Positions 49,930 to 64,000 are shown, numbered from the stretch's first letter. The stretch: DNA of 64,000 bases from Ancylonema sp. (GCA_050230475.1 JBFLGF010000216.1:1-64000); one strand, 5' to 3'. The notes: generated by a model from the letters alone, not told the origin. Program-made: numbers and translations.

Positions 49930-51140
49930 TCACATCACACATGACAGGGCTCTATTGTACAATTGTGTATAATGACTTATCACAATGTATCAAAAAAATG
50001 CGACCACATGTTCGTCTCATTGTATCAATCAGTCCCCATCAGCAATATGCAAGACCTCTTTGTTATGAAAGGCTAGAAAACTACGCATATGTACAAGCAA
50101 AACGCCAAGTATGTTGATGTGGTGTTTACACATGTACTTCCACAATGTTACCTCTTCTCTCGATTGCGTATATTTGACAACAACGCTTCCATGTACCGAG
50201 GGCCCCTAAAAGTAGACTCCAAGGAGTACACTACAAAGAGGAGGAGCGTGTTTCTCTCGCACCTAAATTATATGACACAGGCCATCGCCATGTGATTCAC
50301 ATGAATCGAAAATACGTTTGTCCTTCTCACGAATCTAACAGAACGGTTCGACCCACTATCCTTTCCGGAAATCACATAGTGAAGGGTCTCTAAGGACTTG
50401 AAGTAAACGCACTTTGGCAAGCTCAACTTTCTCCTTCTTTTCCAGCACGCCAATTGAGGTTAGGACTCGCTCACGAGCTTCCTCAAGCACTCGTTACTCG
50501 TCTTCTACACAGAGTAGAGATGTTCAAGTCATAAAATTGGACAAAGGTTAACTAAAGCCACATAATTAAACCGGATTTATAAGACCAAGGCACGGGCTCC
50601 ATTCCTCAATGGTGTGACTATTCGAAGCATCGCCTGGTTGTAAGCACACGTTGTAAGCACATTCCTAGCTACCACGACCGGGCAAATATTTACGGAGCGC
50701 AAGATACAAAAGATAATTCCATGGACCATATCAATAAATAAACGAGAGCCAACATGAATTAGTGGAGGAAACAACTCACCTGTCTCCGAAACGATGTCCG
50801 CGCTCCAAGCATAACGATGACAAAGCCCAACGCCCCAAACCGGTGATAGAATCAAAATCTAGGGATGTGGTAGGGAGTCATACCCCCAAATGGTTCCCAA
50901 ATGTGGGGATCGTCTTGCAAAACCCGGGGTTAGAGGCGTGCGGTATATGAAGGTCAATTGGAACTGCATCCGAAACGAATGGGTATACCTTTCTATGCAT
51001 TCCATTGTGGTAATGGTTGGTAACTTTGTCGATGGCCGTACGAAAATACTGTGCACTATTGATGCGTATGGTCGTGAGTTGGTTGACTGCATGGTGTTCG
51101 TTGACTTGTGCCATTGTTCTGGCTGCAGCACTCAAGGTTG
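49930..51140 (+). pseudogene. More divergent remnant of the unknown gene found on the minus strand at 38150-39000
   Basis: LENYAYVQAK / DVVFTHVLPQCYLFSRL vs WNNYAYVQSK / DVVYTRELPECNLFSQF; nucleotide blocks AACTACGCATATGTACAA and TAGACTCCAAGGAGTA are shared. Confidence 0.55.
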
Positions 51141-51902
51141 TACCGGGACGGACAAAATGTTTGCAAACGCCGTATTGCAAACGCGTACGTACGGAATACG
51201 TCCGTAAGGCGAAATGACTTCAAATATTTGCATTTTGCAAACGTTTTGCGATTGTTTGCATTTCGCAAACGTTTGGCAAACGTCCGCAAATTTATTCCCA
51301 AATAGGCCCGTCCCCGGCTAAGCCGTGGACCCATTATATCCGGCGGACTCTTTGTTTTGTCGTACCCCCGGTTTGTCCCCATTAGTTTGTTGTATCCCCA
51401 TTTACGTCATCATTACATTCCCCCCGCGATTTCCTTGTCCCCGTCGTTTTTCCTTGTAGCACGTCCCTATTTTGTCGTGTCTCCCGTTCCATCATCATAT
51501 CTTGGCCCGTAGCCCGTCTCCCGTTCCATCATAGATTATGTTTGTCGTGTGTGAGACAAAATCTTTCAGTTTTCTATAAATATATAGCATCTGACGGGTG
51601 AGCGTCGTTCACGACCCTGTCCCATACCCCGTTGCTGTCAAAATCCCGTGTTGTCAGTAGATTTTGTACGGATTCACGACCGAATCTACCTGTTTAAAAC
51701 AAAAACCGGAGTCGTTAGTACGGATATGTAAGGACATGTACGGACTATACGGATGCAAAATTTTGCAAGCGCAAACGTTTGCATCCGTACAGCCCGTACC
51801 CGTTTGCCGCATTTCACGGCCGTCTTCCGGACGTTTGTGGGCTAATCCGTACGACGTTTGCATTTACCAGGGACGGCAGATTTCTCTCGGCCCCGTCCGG
51901 TA
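51141..51902. mobile_element. Probable non-autonomous DNA transposon with short inverted ends
   Basis: TACCGGGACGG ... CCGTCCGGTA ends; GCAAACG/CGTTTGC and CGTACGG motifs clustered near both ends; TSD not clear. Confidence 0.45.
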
Positions 51903-52065
51903 AACGTGCCGTACAGAATAGGGGCCCCGTCGTAGTGCAATGGTGTCAGCAATGTGTTTCTCATGAGCTGCTTGTTGTTGCAGAATCTTTGGTGCCATGC
52001 GCAGTTCCACCTCTTGGTTGATGGATTTCCAGATGGCCTCCATCTCGGAGTTTCAAGATGCCTTC

Positions 52066-55000
52066 TATAAGCTTTTGAGTGATTAGACTTGCCGGAATAT
52101 TTAGGTGGGCGACAAAACGAACCGTACGCAAAAGGATCTCTTTCACTGATGATCAACGATACAGGAGTTGCGTGTGTGGAACGAATTTATTATTGTGATT
52201 GCATCGGGGATGGTAATACCCGATGCGCTTTACAGTTTGTTGCGTGCCGACGGTCGGCACAATTGACCGTCGGCCTATCATTGGACTGAAAGCTCTTCTA
52301 CATGTCAACGGCACATGCCGGACATTTCTGACACGACTAAACTAGCCAGTCACGACGCTTCAACCAAATAACGTCTCTAAGCGTCGGAAACATGTCAGGT
52401 GCCCGGGCACAAACTTGCCCGGCCCCGCATACAGGCACATCTAGAATATTGCTCCCGGTTTAGAGTAACCGGTCACTGGACTAGCAAGCATAACATATGG
52501 CTATCCAAAATATTCTAAGAGCACACCCCCTCGGATGCCATGCTAAAGTTGGCATAGATGCAGACATCAAAAGGAGTACCCAAGTCATTGCATCATGGCA
52601 GAACCATTGCATAACATATAAAACAGTTTTGTACTTCCCTAGCATACAAGTGTGCTAGGGGATTCTATCGATAGCAGCCGTTCGGAAGACGATCGGAAGA
52701 CGACGGAGCCGATCGGAACTCCAGAAGACATCGCTCCAGATCCTTAGTCGTTTTTCGGGCCGAGCCCTGCACATACAAACAAATGCCACAAGTTAGGCGA
52801 AAAACAAAAAAACTTATGAAAATATTTTTGATTTCTTACTTTTTCAACTTCACGATTCTGAAAACTTCACACTTTCCAGTCAGAAAAATCTCAAAACAGC
52901 ATAAAAACTTCAAAATTACTACAAGTCCTCTCAGCACCAACTTTTTGGACACAAATTTTGCAACAATGATTAGGACATACATACGAAAATTCAGAAACAA
53001 ACTGACAAGTTTAAAGTTGAGCAGATTCACACTTTTTCTGATTTTACTTAAGCGTTTTCAAGTCTTTTAGAGGTATTTGGGTGAAAATGTGACTTAGCTG
53101 ATGAGCTGAAGTTGTGTACCCTCCCCATTCCTTCTGCCTGAAAAGAAACATAACAACACACCCCCTGCCAACATGCATGGCATCGAAACCTTCGATCATA
53201 AAAATAAAATAAACGACTGACACCCCCCCCAGTTCAGTATAACCGTCCAAAACCTAGACTTTTGCTGTGTCTGTCCAGTAAAACTTGACTTGGGGTAGAG
53301 CTTTAGTTAGCATATCTGCTGGGGTTGATTTGCGCCTGCAAGATACACATATTTTATTTAGTCTCCCCGTGCTGTGGCATTCCCGTACCCTACCCAGTGA
53401 TATACCACATTAAAATGTTTTGCTTTCTGTCTCTCTTTGCACAGGATTCTGGATCATGGAGAGAGCTGAGGGTTGAAATCAGTGTGGATTGTGATTTTGG
53501 TGTGGGAATTTGAGTTCTTTCAAGAGAGACCTTTAGATAACAGCATTCTTTAGACACACTGCAGGCAGCAATATACTCAGCCTCAGCAGTGCTCTGTGCA
53601 ACAGTTGACTGTTTCTGTACTTCCAACTCAGTGCTGTCCCCCCAACCGTGGTTACCCATCCCAGTGACCTGACTTCCCCTGTCATGCTACAACTGTTCCA
53701 TGATGCATCGCAGTAAACCCTTTACTTCAAATAATGTCCTTACCCACAAAACGTTTAGTCCGTGGTTCACAGTCCCTTTTTTCAAGTATCTGAATAGTTA
53801 ATGTAGAGCCCTTATGTGTGCCACCCCAGGATTCCCCATGTGTTTTGCCAGTACCCCAAGTGCATACCCGATGTCCAGTCTGGTTTGTTTCATGGCATAC
53901 ATATATGAGTGATCCCACTTTCCCACGAAAGTCTGTTATTTCTTCTGGGGTAGGGGGGTTGGTTCATCATTCTGTGTGATGAGTTCCAGGGGCGAGTGGG
54001 AGTTTGGTTGGATTACACTCGTGCATCCCATAGCGTTCGAGCACTCCCCTTAAGAAACCTGACTGTCCCAGTGTGAGCAGTCTTCTCTGTCTATCCCTCT
54101 TCACTTCCACCCCCAGGATATGGGTTAGGGGACCCAGATCCTTGACTTTGAACTTTTTACCCATATCTTCTTTAAAAGTTTTGACGACCATTGCGTTAGG
54201 ACCTGTGATCACCTGATCATCTACATGTATGATTCTGCTGACTGCTTCCCCCCTCATATCTATACATGTGTCCATTACGCACTGTTTAAACCCTTCAGAT
54301 ATCATAAACTTTCTGTACATTTCCTGCCATTCGTGGCTACTCTGCTTGCTACTCTGCTTTACCGTTATAAAGCTTCCCCTTCAGTCGTAAGACCTTTCCC
54401 TCCAGCACCCCCCCATTGATATGCATCCGTGGTGATATTTTCATGTAAACTTCTTCTTCCAGACGTCCATGCAGGAACGCTGTGATTACGTCCATCTGTT
54501 CCAGTTCCCAGTTAGATTGGTTTGCTATAGAGAGGAGTAGGGTGAGAGATGTACTGTCGATTACTGGTGCAAATACTTCGTTATAGTCAATACCCTCTTG
54601 CTGTAAGAATCCCTGTGCGACCAGACTGACTATATATCTTTCAATATCCCCCTGTGGAGTTGTTTTGACCTTAAAAACATATCTGCACCCCACAGCCTTT
54701 TTACCTGGAGGAAGCACACACACCTCAAAGGTGTTGAACGTCTCCAGGGCTGCTAACTCCTCCACAATGGCCCTGTCCCACTGGTCCAGTCTGCCTCATC
54801 ATCGCATGGTTGAGGGTGAGTGGCTCGGAGGAGTTGCTGTTAGATGCTACGCACGCGTAGCCCGGATCCACAGGACCTGAAGCCAGTGTAGAAACTGCTA
54901 GGCTCCCACTCAGTCGCGATATAGAGTTGTCGTGTGCTGCGTCATCAAACTCCTCCCCATCACATCACATGAGATCCCCATACTCGGCAAAGTTGGCTCG

Positions 55001-58000
55001 CCTTCTAGCCATCACCCGATCAGCTATACTGCCAGGCTCCCCCACTTCTGGGTTCGCAACCCCTCCTTGCACCTCCTCCTCCCCTGCATCTCCACCTCCT
55101 GCGTTGTTGATCCCTGACAGGCTGTCAGACAGCACAATCGTGGCGTTAGAGACCTCAGCAGCTTGTGGCTGGAAGTTGTCGTGCGGATAGTCGTTGGCAG
55201 CTGCTGGCTCAGGGACTGCTGGTTCTGCTGGTGCTGGGATTGGCTGCAGAACTGCTGGCATCGCTGCTGCTGCTGGCATGTTGGGGTGGACTGCTGCTGC
55301 TGGCACCACTGCTTGTTGGGGTGGACTGCTGCTGCTGGAACAACTGCTGCAGCTGGTTCATCTTCAGGGTCGGGGAAAAGGTAGAAAAAGTGTTTTTCTG
55401 CTGCCTCCTGAATCTGGGGAGCTCTCCCCCCCATCAGCTTCGGGTACCCCGGCACCTCCTCAAAGAACCTCACGTCCATGCGTGATATCACCCCAGCTCT
55501 ATGGGGATCGAAAACATTGTAGCCTGCACTCCCCGCAGAGCCATCCCCAGAGAAACACACCAAAGCAAGTACGAGGGGCAAACTTGTCCCCTTGACTGTT
55601 CTTTTCCCCCCCAACCTTCAAATATTGGACCAGACACCCGAAATTATGACTTTTGTTAACTGTCATTCTCTTCCCCTCCCAGACCTCAATTGGAATTTTC
55701 CCAGAAAGCGACTTAGTGGGTGTTCTATTCCTCAACCAGTTTGCATGTAACAATGCCGTCCCAATAAGACTTCGGTAGACCTGACCAGATTAAGATGCAT
55801 CGCATTTTTTCTGTCAATGTTCGGTTCAGTCTTTCACCGATTCCGTTTTGTTCAGGACTATCTGCTTCTGTGGTTTGTTTATCAATACCCTTCCCCCCAC
55901 CGTAGTTTATCCAGTCCTGAGACACATACTCCCCTCCCTTATCTGTCCGAATAGACTGTAGGGGCAAACCTGACTATACCTCGAGCAATTGTATAGTGAC
56001 TCTTGCTCGGTTCAGTGCTTCATCCTTTGTTTTTAACAAGCTGACAAATGACAGACGTGTGGATACCTCTATCCCGAGCATATGTAAATCCGTATTCCCT
56101 CTAGCTGACCTGACAGACAGTGGTCCAATGAGATCCAGGTCCAGGCGACCCATCTTGGGGCATGTCCCCAGATCTGCACTGACCTTAGCATGACTGAGCT
56201 GAGTCATCTTCCCCTGACTTCCCCTGACAACAAACCTGACATCCCTTTACTTGAGTTAATTCCCCCTGACTTAACTCTGGGATGTCCCCACGTCTGGCGA
56301 AATCTGACATCACATCATAACTGGGGTGACCCAATTTGTGTTGCCAGACCATGCCTGTGGACAAATTCGCTGTAGTATCATGAGATCCACGCATAACGAT
56401 TGTGGCAGCAAGCAGAGTCAGACCAAGCCCATTTCACATATCCCTTGTTTAATTCAGGACCCGTGGGCAGCTGTAGAAAGCTCAGCCCACCTCTTCTGAC
56501 GAGGCACGATGTCGACACGAGGGTGCAGGCAAAGGTTGGGACGTGGATCGAGCTGAGTGGCTGCACAAAAAAAGTGTCGCCATTCCTCACTCGGATGTGC
56601 ACGAAACCAGTGCCCTCCACCTTGTGTGACGAGCCGTCAGCAGTGGTGATGATGGTAATGAAGGCCTGCTGCGTGCTCAGGGTAGGTGTTGTGTACTCCA
56701 CAAACAAAAATGTTCACGTGCCGTGAAAATGTGGTCTGTAGCACCTGAATCCAGGATAAGGGAGTCTGTGTGAGAACCGGCAGCAGACAATGCCCGGGCC
56801 ACATCGAACGAGAAAGCACCGAAAGCTAAATCATCCACATTAGCGTTGAAAGGTTTGTCAGCAAAGCGAGCAAGTCTAGCTTGTGCATCAGCCCTCCTAG
56901 CCTCTGGGTTCAATAGAGCCATGTCAGATGTTTTTTTGCAATGTTCAATTGTGTGACCGACAATGTTATATCTGCACTTTTGCCTCCCCCCTGAACTTCC
57001 CTGAGTAGCGTGCGCGACATTTCCAGCTGCTGGTGATGACGCAGGGCATTGCGCAGCTCGGTGGCCTGCCTGATGGCACTTGTGACATTTCCATGGCCCC
57101 GTATGGCCTCCGCCAGATGGTGAAGGGCAGTTCGCTCTGATGTGCCCGAATTTGTGGCAGCCGAAGCATTCGACGCCTGCAGCGTCTCTGCGACCAGCTC
57201 CAGTCGCACCACCAGATCTGCTGCTACCTCCAGCTCCATTCCCCCCCCCAGGTCCGCCATAATGCGCCTGGTGTCCTCCGGGCAGCTCCCCTCCGGGCAG
57301 CGCCCCCCTTTTTCGATCGTTCAGCTCTTTCCGCACGTCGAGCGCACTCACGATGTGTGGAATCGTGAAGAGGTGTGGCGACGACTCGGACCATGGCATC
57401 AGCGTTGAAACCATCGGACTGTAATGCGTGTTCAACGAATTCAGCACGTTGATCGCTGCTTCGTCGGAGATACTGGCGCCCCCAAATTCTTAAGGTCCTG
57501 ATCAGCGCTGCAGACGCTTCACGTACACGTTGAGGTCCTCTGCCTCCGTCTGAATATAGCGCTTAGCAATGCCTCCGTATTTGCGATTCGACGCACCCTG
57601 CACCTGGTAGAAGTCCGCAGAGCATCCCACATGCCGGCAGCTGTTGTGCAGTCCGTGACGTGCGTCAGCTCCGATGTGGCCCCAGGTGCTTCACAATATA
57701 AGACATAAGCAAGATTATCCTCGTCCCATTTCTCCAGCTCCAGCAGCTGCTGGGAAATCTGCTGGTCTGACTGTCGCACCAACACTTCGACATCCACGTC
57801 GATCCCCCTGGCGGCAAATTGCAGCTCGTGATCAGGTGTCAATGGAAGGATTACGTCTGGGCGACACTTTCGCGGCAAACTACTGTCCCAATCCATCACC
57901 AAACGGTGCAGTTTCTTATCCGCCAGCCCATACTTGAAGGCCCATCCTGTATAAGCTCCAGTAAATTGAGGGTGCGACCTATCCGACATTATGGCAGCTA

Positions 58001-58692
58001 TTGTGTAGGACTTTACAAAAATTCTCGCACAGCTCGAGTTCTCAGTGCAATTCCTGCACTGCAGCACTCAGCTCAAAAACTTGCAGCGCAATATCAGAAT
58101 TACGTGCAGACCTTAACCAACCACGAATATATTTGCGCTCACTGGCAGAATATACCGTTCACAGAAGAGATTACCGCAGCATCGCGTGGAGCCTTTAGTT
58201 TTTAACCTACACGGCGTCTGAACTAGACCGCACGTGGGCCCATAACCTATAAGCTTTTGAGTGATTAGACTTGCCGGAATATTTAGGTGGGCGACAAAAC
58301 GAACCGTACGCAAAAGGATCTCTTTCACTGATGATCAACGAGACAAGAGTTGCGTGTGTGGAACGAATTATTATTGTGATTGCATCGGGGATGGTAATAC
58401 CCGATGCGCTTTACAGATTGTTGCTTGCCGACGGTCGGCACAATTGACCGTCGGCCTATCATTGACTGACAGCTCTTCTACATGTCAACGGCACATGCCG
58501 GACATTTCTGACACGCTAAACTACCAGTCACGACGCTTCGACCAAATCACGTCTCTAAGCGTCGGAAACATGTCAGGTGCCCGGGCACAAACTTGCCCCC
58601 CCGCATACAGGCACATAGAATATTGCTCCCGTTAGAGTAACCGTCACAACTGGACTACACGCATACATATGGCTATCCAAAATATTCTATCA
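52066..58692 (-). mobile_element. Full-length Ty1/copia LTR retrotransposon, copy 2 (subfamily A), heavily frameshifted
   Basis: 3' LTR 52066-~52520, 5' LTR 58248-58692, 5-bp TSD CCTTC (52061-52065, 58693-58697), PBS 58234-58247; collinear with copy 1 throughout. Confidence 0.96.
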
Positions 58693-59899
58693 CCTTCTGC
58701 ATGTCATATTAAAGTTGGGTTACAGATTGAGTCTCTGCTCAGAATTAGGTGTTATGCTAGTTATATCACACTCTCTCGTGCTTGAATGTGTGGAACACTA
58801 CTTGACGCCGAGGGCAAGTCGACAATTACTATCGAAAATGGAAAGTGTGGCAAGAATGATAGATAGTAGACAAAGTTTTCTAGTGCAAAATACTAAGGTC
58901 GACAGCCGGAAGGTAAACTTTCGAGTATAAAGTTCGGCTATCAAACGGTGCGTTGACATATGGTAATTGATGGATGTGATGTGCTGGTTCATTTAGAACG
59001 TCAGCAATTGGTTGCGCGTCGTTATCTTATTGGCTCGGTACGAGCGTCAATAAATCGATGCAAATCGACAAAGTAGTTTTGGCCCAGTTACAGCGTCAAC
59101 AAAGTGATACACAAATATCGATGGCTCAGTAAGAGCGTCAGCACAAAAATGTGATGGTAAATAGACAAGTTTATAGGCTGGCTCAATGAGAGCGTCAGCG
59201 AAACAACACAAGTAATTATGACAAGTTGCAAAGGACACTTCGGTCAACTTACAGGTTTCGTCGACGTCAGTCGAGCGAGTTATCGTAGACAACACAATAG
59301 ATGATGGCAAGAGCTGGCGTCAGCCAGGAGTTGCGGAATTCAGATGATACACTTGAAAGGGTTTTTGGAAAGATTCTTGAAAGTTTCTTGACGGCGCAAT
59401 CTTATAGCGGAAGCTGGCACATCTGTTACAATGGAACATCTTTATGCTGCGCAATGCTTATTGGCATACTTACTAGAGTTAATCGACATGGTTAATCGAC
59501 ACGCTGTACTCTAGAATGTCTTATTCAATCTTTGCGCCACAAATATAGACGTCAATTATTATACGGCTGGATTTTACCGCCGTGGTAATATCGACAAGTC
59601 AAAAATATCATCGTCGATAACAAAGTTGCGCTAAGCGCTGAAAAATCGACACGGAGTCTAAATTGTACGATTGTTTGATAATACACTCGAATATTACACT
59701 CGCCACGCGTTATTTTCGAGTTTAAAAAAGTTGTTTGATTTTGCGAAGTACTGATTATAACGTCACACAAAATCTCGATTTATTTCTTTTCTCGGTATAT
59801 CGAATCTGGTTGCTTATAACAAAGCTTTCTACTAGAGAGGTCTGGATATCATTAGAGAGGGGTTTCCACTTAACGATCTCTAGCATCATGACACGGAGC

Positions 59900-60365
59900 T
59901 AGGATTGGCGACACCGCCCTACCGCCCCACTCCCTACCGTTTCACCGCAGTAGCTACCGCGGTAGCTACCAATGCTCAAATATACAGTAGGGGGTAGAGA
60001 AATTAGCCCAACCGCGGTTGGCCTGGTAGGGGGTAGGGCTGTAGGAAATAATCGGTAGGGAACGGTAGGGAACGGTAGGGATCGGTACGGAACGGTAGGG
60101 AAGAATAGGGAATCGAATATTTCCGGTACTTTTTTTTTTTTTGGTCGCAAATTACGTCTTTGTCTTTACGTTGGTAAAAAAAAATCCTTACCGTTTCCTA
60201 CCACCCCCTACCGTGTCCCTACCGATTTCCCTATCGCCTACCGCCGTCCTACCCCCGACCGATGCCCAGCCGGACTGAATCCAAAATCGGTAGGAAGCGG
60301 TAGGGGGAGAATACCGAGGTAGAAACCCCCTACCGCGGGCCGAAAATGCGGTGTCACCAACCCTA
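59900..60365. mobile_element. Non-autonomous hAT-like MITE (466 bp)
   Basis: 18-bp TIR TAGGATTGGCGACACCGC / GCGGTGTCACCAACCCTA (2 mismatches); perfect 8-bp TSD CACGGAGC (59892-59899, 60366-60373); CTACCG/CGGTAG subterminal arrays. Confidence 0.9.
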
Positions 60366-60968
60366 CACGGAGCACGTCGCGTGTACGGGATAGGGGTCAC
60401 TCTTGTGCCCATATTTACTCTGAAATAACCAATCTAGCTCGCAGATCCCCAAGGCCGACGGCCGTTAGACCAGCCAACTTGTACGGAAATAATTTTGAAA
60501 CGTCGGGTTCGGCGTCAAGTGTCAGACGTCGCCGACGGCCAGGATTCAGAATCGCACGGCTCATAATTCTTTGGGTTGCGTCGCGCAATCATCTAGATTC
60601 AGTCGAATACGACCTTGCCTTTTCCCTAACACTTCTTCCCTTGTCCCTAATAATTCCCTTTGTAAAGCGCCATGACAACTTCTAGGCAATGTTGTCCGCC
60701 TGGACTATTGAGTAGTCAATAGTTAAGTCTTTAGCGTTTGCAAATCGCGCGCGGTGCGCGCCCTTCAGCGTTAAAATTATAATACCCGGGGGGGGCTTCT
60801 ACACCCCAGGGGGTGTGGGATGTTTCCAAAATCATGAAATCTAATTCGTGAACCGGTTACAACGTTGCGGTATACAATTTCGTGCCTAAGACGTTATATC
60901 GAACGAAATTTAGTGCAAAATAGTTAGTACTCACTACTTAGTCAGATTTCGACGTCCGAATTCGATTA

Positions 60969-61141
60969 CATTAAAACTTGTCTAAAGGACTGCTTTCGGG
61001 ACCGGGAAATAATAATCATTTAGACACGTTATTCACTTAGACAAGGACGGTTCCTAACAAATCCGGTTTTGGTACCGGTGTTTTTTATTCCTTTAGAGAG
61101 GTTATTCCTTTAGACAGTATTCCTTTAGACAAGTTATGCTG
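60969..61141. mobile_element. Small Tc1/pogo-like MITE (~173 bp)
   Basis: TA|CATTAAAACTTGTCTAAAGGA ... TCCTTTAGACAAGTTATGCTG inverted ends with internal TTAGAC repeats. Confidence 0.6.
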
Positions 61142-61899
61142 TGCTAAAATTATCCTGGTGCGGCACGCGTGCCGCGCGCGTGTGCTAGCCTTGCGCACGG
61201 CGTGCGCCCATCTATGGAGTAGTCCGTCAGACTAACGAATCATAGGCGCTGAGATGATGAGGCCCAGATCTCGTCGTTATGAAACATCATTTTTTTCTTA
61301 CCAAGTGGAGTAAGTACCACATCTTGACAACAAAGGACCAAAAGATTCTCACGCACTTTTTTTCCAAAAAAAAAAAAAAAAAACAGCCAATCATAGAACG
61401 ACACGTCAACTCTGATGCGTCAACAATTTGAAAAAGATCATAGAACTGAACAATCCTGGAAAAGCCGGCCAATCGTATCAACCAAAACAACTGATCCGAC
61501 TCGACCGTACAAAAAAAAAACGTATGGAAACTTCCGAAGCTCGCTGTACACATAACGACTTAATAACTTCGTTCTTTCTAAAAGAAAAAACTAAGTAATT
61601 TGGCGAGCCAAAGCTCCGATGACAGCTAGTCAGCAACTCGGACAACTCGGGCGGTTAACCTGGACTACTCGTGGAGTTGTCCTTCAAAAAGTAGTCCGGT
61701 CATAGATGCTCTAACACACGCACCCGCCATTCTTGGCGGGTCGGCGAATGAATCGCAGTCGGGGCGAATGGAGGGCGAATGGAGGGCGGGTGAGGGATGT
61801 TGACGGGTCGAAGGCAGGTGGCGGGAGGGTTTTCAACCCACCCGGCGGTGGGTGAGTGGCCCCCAACACGATCCACATGGAAGTCCATGGTCGCTGAGG

Positions 61900-64000
61900 A
61901 GCAGACTTGCAGCGAGCGAGAGGATTTTATCAGAGATGGTCTATACGTCTGGGGTTGGCAGACAACTGGGAAGTTCTCGCCATGCAGTTGAACGGGGATA
62001 GCTCAGTCGATCTAGCAGATTTTTTTCGTCCCTTTCTTCCGGAAGGTGAATTCTACGTAGATGCATTTTGCTACTCCTTCCGTAACTATACTTTGGCGAC
62101 TCTTGCGTTTATTCCGATTTCCTTTTTAGAAATTTTTGCGAAGGACATGGTCAATGCCTTCATTCTCTCGACAGAAGCAAAGTGCTACCCCAGGATGACG
62201 ATTCGACGCGCTATGGAAGCTGCAAAAGGCGAAGGTGGGTGTGATTGTCACGTTTAAAGTTGGGATTGCGCATGATATTGTGTGTCTGTGCCGCCAATGG
62301 AGAATAAAAGGGAGATATCGGAGGTGGCTTTTCATGACTGACTACTACATCGTTCTTGTCCGCGCAGCTTGTAACATCCTAAGACCGTGGCGGCCGAGAA
62401 GTAGGGACGCCGGACGAGATGTACCTAGTCAATCATGAGCGATATAAAAATCTTGTGAAAGCAGGGGTGTTGCTTAATTTCCGAAGGAGATTTGCTGAGG
62501 TCCTCGCATGTTCTCGTGGCTGCTGCCACGTACTTTGGCTTGTTGTCTGTTGTATATTGGTCACTTAATCCACTTTGGGATGCGCCCTGCGCTCGATTAT
62601 GGCTCTCTTCACCAGCTGCCTTGGCCGCTGTACTCCTCTCACTGTCAACTGTGCCATGCCCGTTCCCTCTAGGAACAGAGTGACCGGTTACCCGGTTGAA
62701 GACCGGTTACCCGGCTGATACGTACCGGTCACATAACGTATTCTACATTGGGACCGGTGTGGACCCGTGTTGTTAGTCTTGGGTCTGCTTCGCAGTAGGG
62801 ATGTCACGGAGATAGGCCTGCTAGGGTTTTGGCTGCTCGTAACCATTCCATGACTTTTCTTTGTTGCCCAGGTGTTGAGGAGTATCTCCGACCCTTTGTT
62901 CCTAGCACATGGGTAGGGGACGTCGCTTACATCTTCAAGGGCTATACTATGTGGGAAGTACGGGCCAGATCCCGCTGGAATGTGCTGGCCATAGACCTGA
63001 CGAGAGAGGTGCAGCATCGTTTGCCTCCAGGCATGGAGCCTCACTACCTTAAGTGGTACTTGATAGCTGCCCACTATGCGCCTAGAGGTACGTGGCATAG
63101 AAATGGCCTTTGTGCTCATCTGTAGGCGATGTGCCAAAAGAAAACGAGAGACCAGTACTGCGGGCCTAATCTTGTGGATTCGGTGGCTTTCTTAGCGAAA
63201 TAATGAAATGAATATGTAATCATTCCCGATACCTCTATTGTTTAGTAGTAAAAAATACTAAACAGAATTTTATACCTTTTACACCTTTAAACCCCAATGT
63301 TGCTACAAAAGCTGTGTCACTATGTATGACCTATTTGAGACGCCTACTCACTTTTGATGAAAACAGAGCATTACAAGTGAAGGGAAGTGAAGTATCTGAC
63401 TCATAGTCAGACATGAGGTTTGAGGTATGAGTTCGAGGTTTGAAGTTTCATACCAATGTTTTCCAGACACTTAGATTCTGAATTGATCATTTAAATTTAA
63501 ATTTGAGGTGTGAATAAATTTTGAATATGTGTTGCTCATATAAAATACGTAGGTTGTTTTTCTATTCCTAGTTTTTGGGTTCCACACTGATTCTGGGCAA
63601 TGGGTCTTTGTTATTCACAAAATCGTGGAGCGTAGACACTGCTCCAGAGACAGGTGAGCTATTCACAGCAATGCTCCTCATCTTTGTGCATTCTCGTTCC
63701 TGATTGTTTCTTGAAGTTCTTCCTGAAATGTTAAACTATGGCCTACATGGAAATGAAAGCTCTGAAATTGCCTTGTCCGTAGATGTATGTCGTGGTGTGG
63801 CAGCCAGAAATGCCTGTGCAAACAATGCTTTCAAGAGTATGAGCATTGAGGGATGGAGCCCGTGCCTTGCTGTAGTGAATCTAGTTTTATTATGTGCTAT
63901 TATTGCACCTCAATTTGACCATGTGACCGTCTCTCTGTCTGTTTCTTGCAGAGGACGAGAAGCGACTAGATGAAGAAGCTCAAGACGTAGCCATGACTTG
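61900..64000. pseudogene. Decayed multicopy coding cassette of unknown family, copy B (runs off the window)
   Basis: Collinear with 36520-38525; ORF remnants 61907-62257, 62235-62438, 62829-63125. Confidence 0.65.

Noticed and set aside
59032..59198. CRISPR array
   Set aside because: Only four degenerate 18-bp repeats, irregular periods, eukaryotic context, no cas genes
61990..62260. KDZ/CxC transposon domain assignment for the unknown cassette
   Set aside because: Only vague resemblance; no diagnostic cysteine spacing or transposase motif visible

Overview
Eukaryotic nuclear DNA with spliceosomal introns. The protein sequences, a U12-type intron and plant-type copia elements suggest a green-plant lineage, most likely a streptophyte alga (inference). 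Three host genes can be read: (1) cohesin SMC1 on the minus strand, 17 exons in the window, 3' end beyond the left edge, containing one AT-AC minor-spliceosome intron; (2) TAF9 on the plus strand, head-to-head with SMC1; (3) a complete 3-exon mitochondrial succinate/fumarate carrier, SFC1-like. The rest is repeat-rich. It holds two full-length, TSD-bounded Ty1/copia elements (12809-19405 and 52066-58692) with TG...TA termini and a half-tRNA-iMet primer site, and fragments of two related copia subfamilies, one internally inverted and one nested. It also holds several non-autonomous TIR DNA transposons (hAT-like with 8-bp TSDs, one GGG-terminated element with a 44-bp TIR, Tc1/mariner-like MITEs), microsatellites, and decayed copies of a multicopy coding cassette I cannot assign to a family. 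No CRISPR array, rRNA or tRNA gene is supported. I found no demonstrably new biological system. The best leads are the unassigned multicopy cassette and the structurally conserved LTR hairpins.
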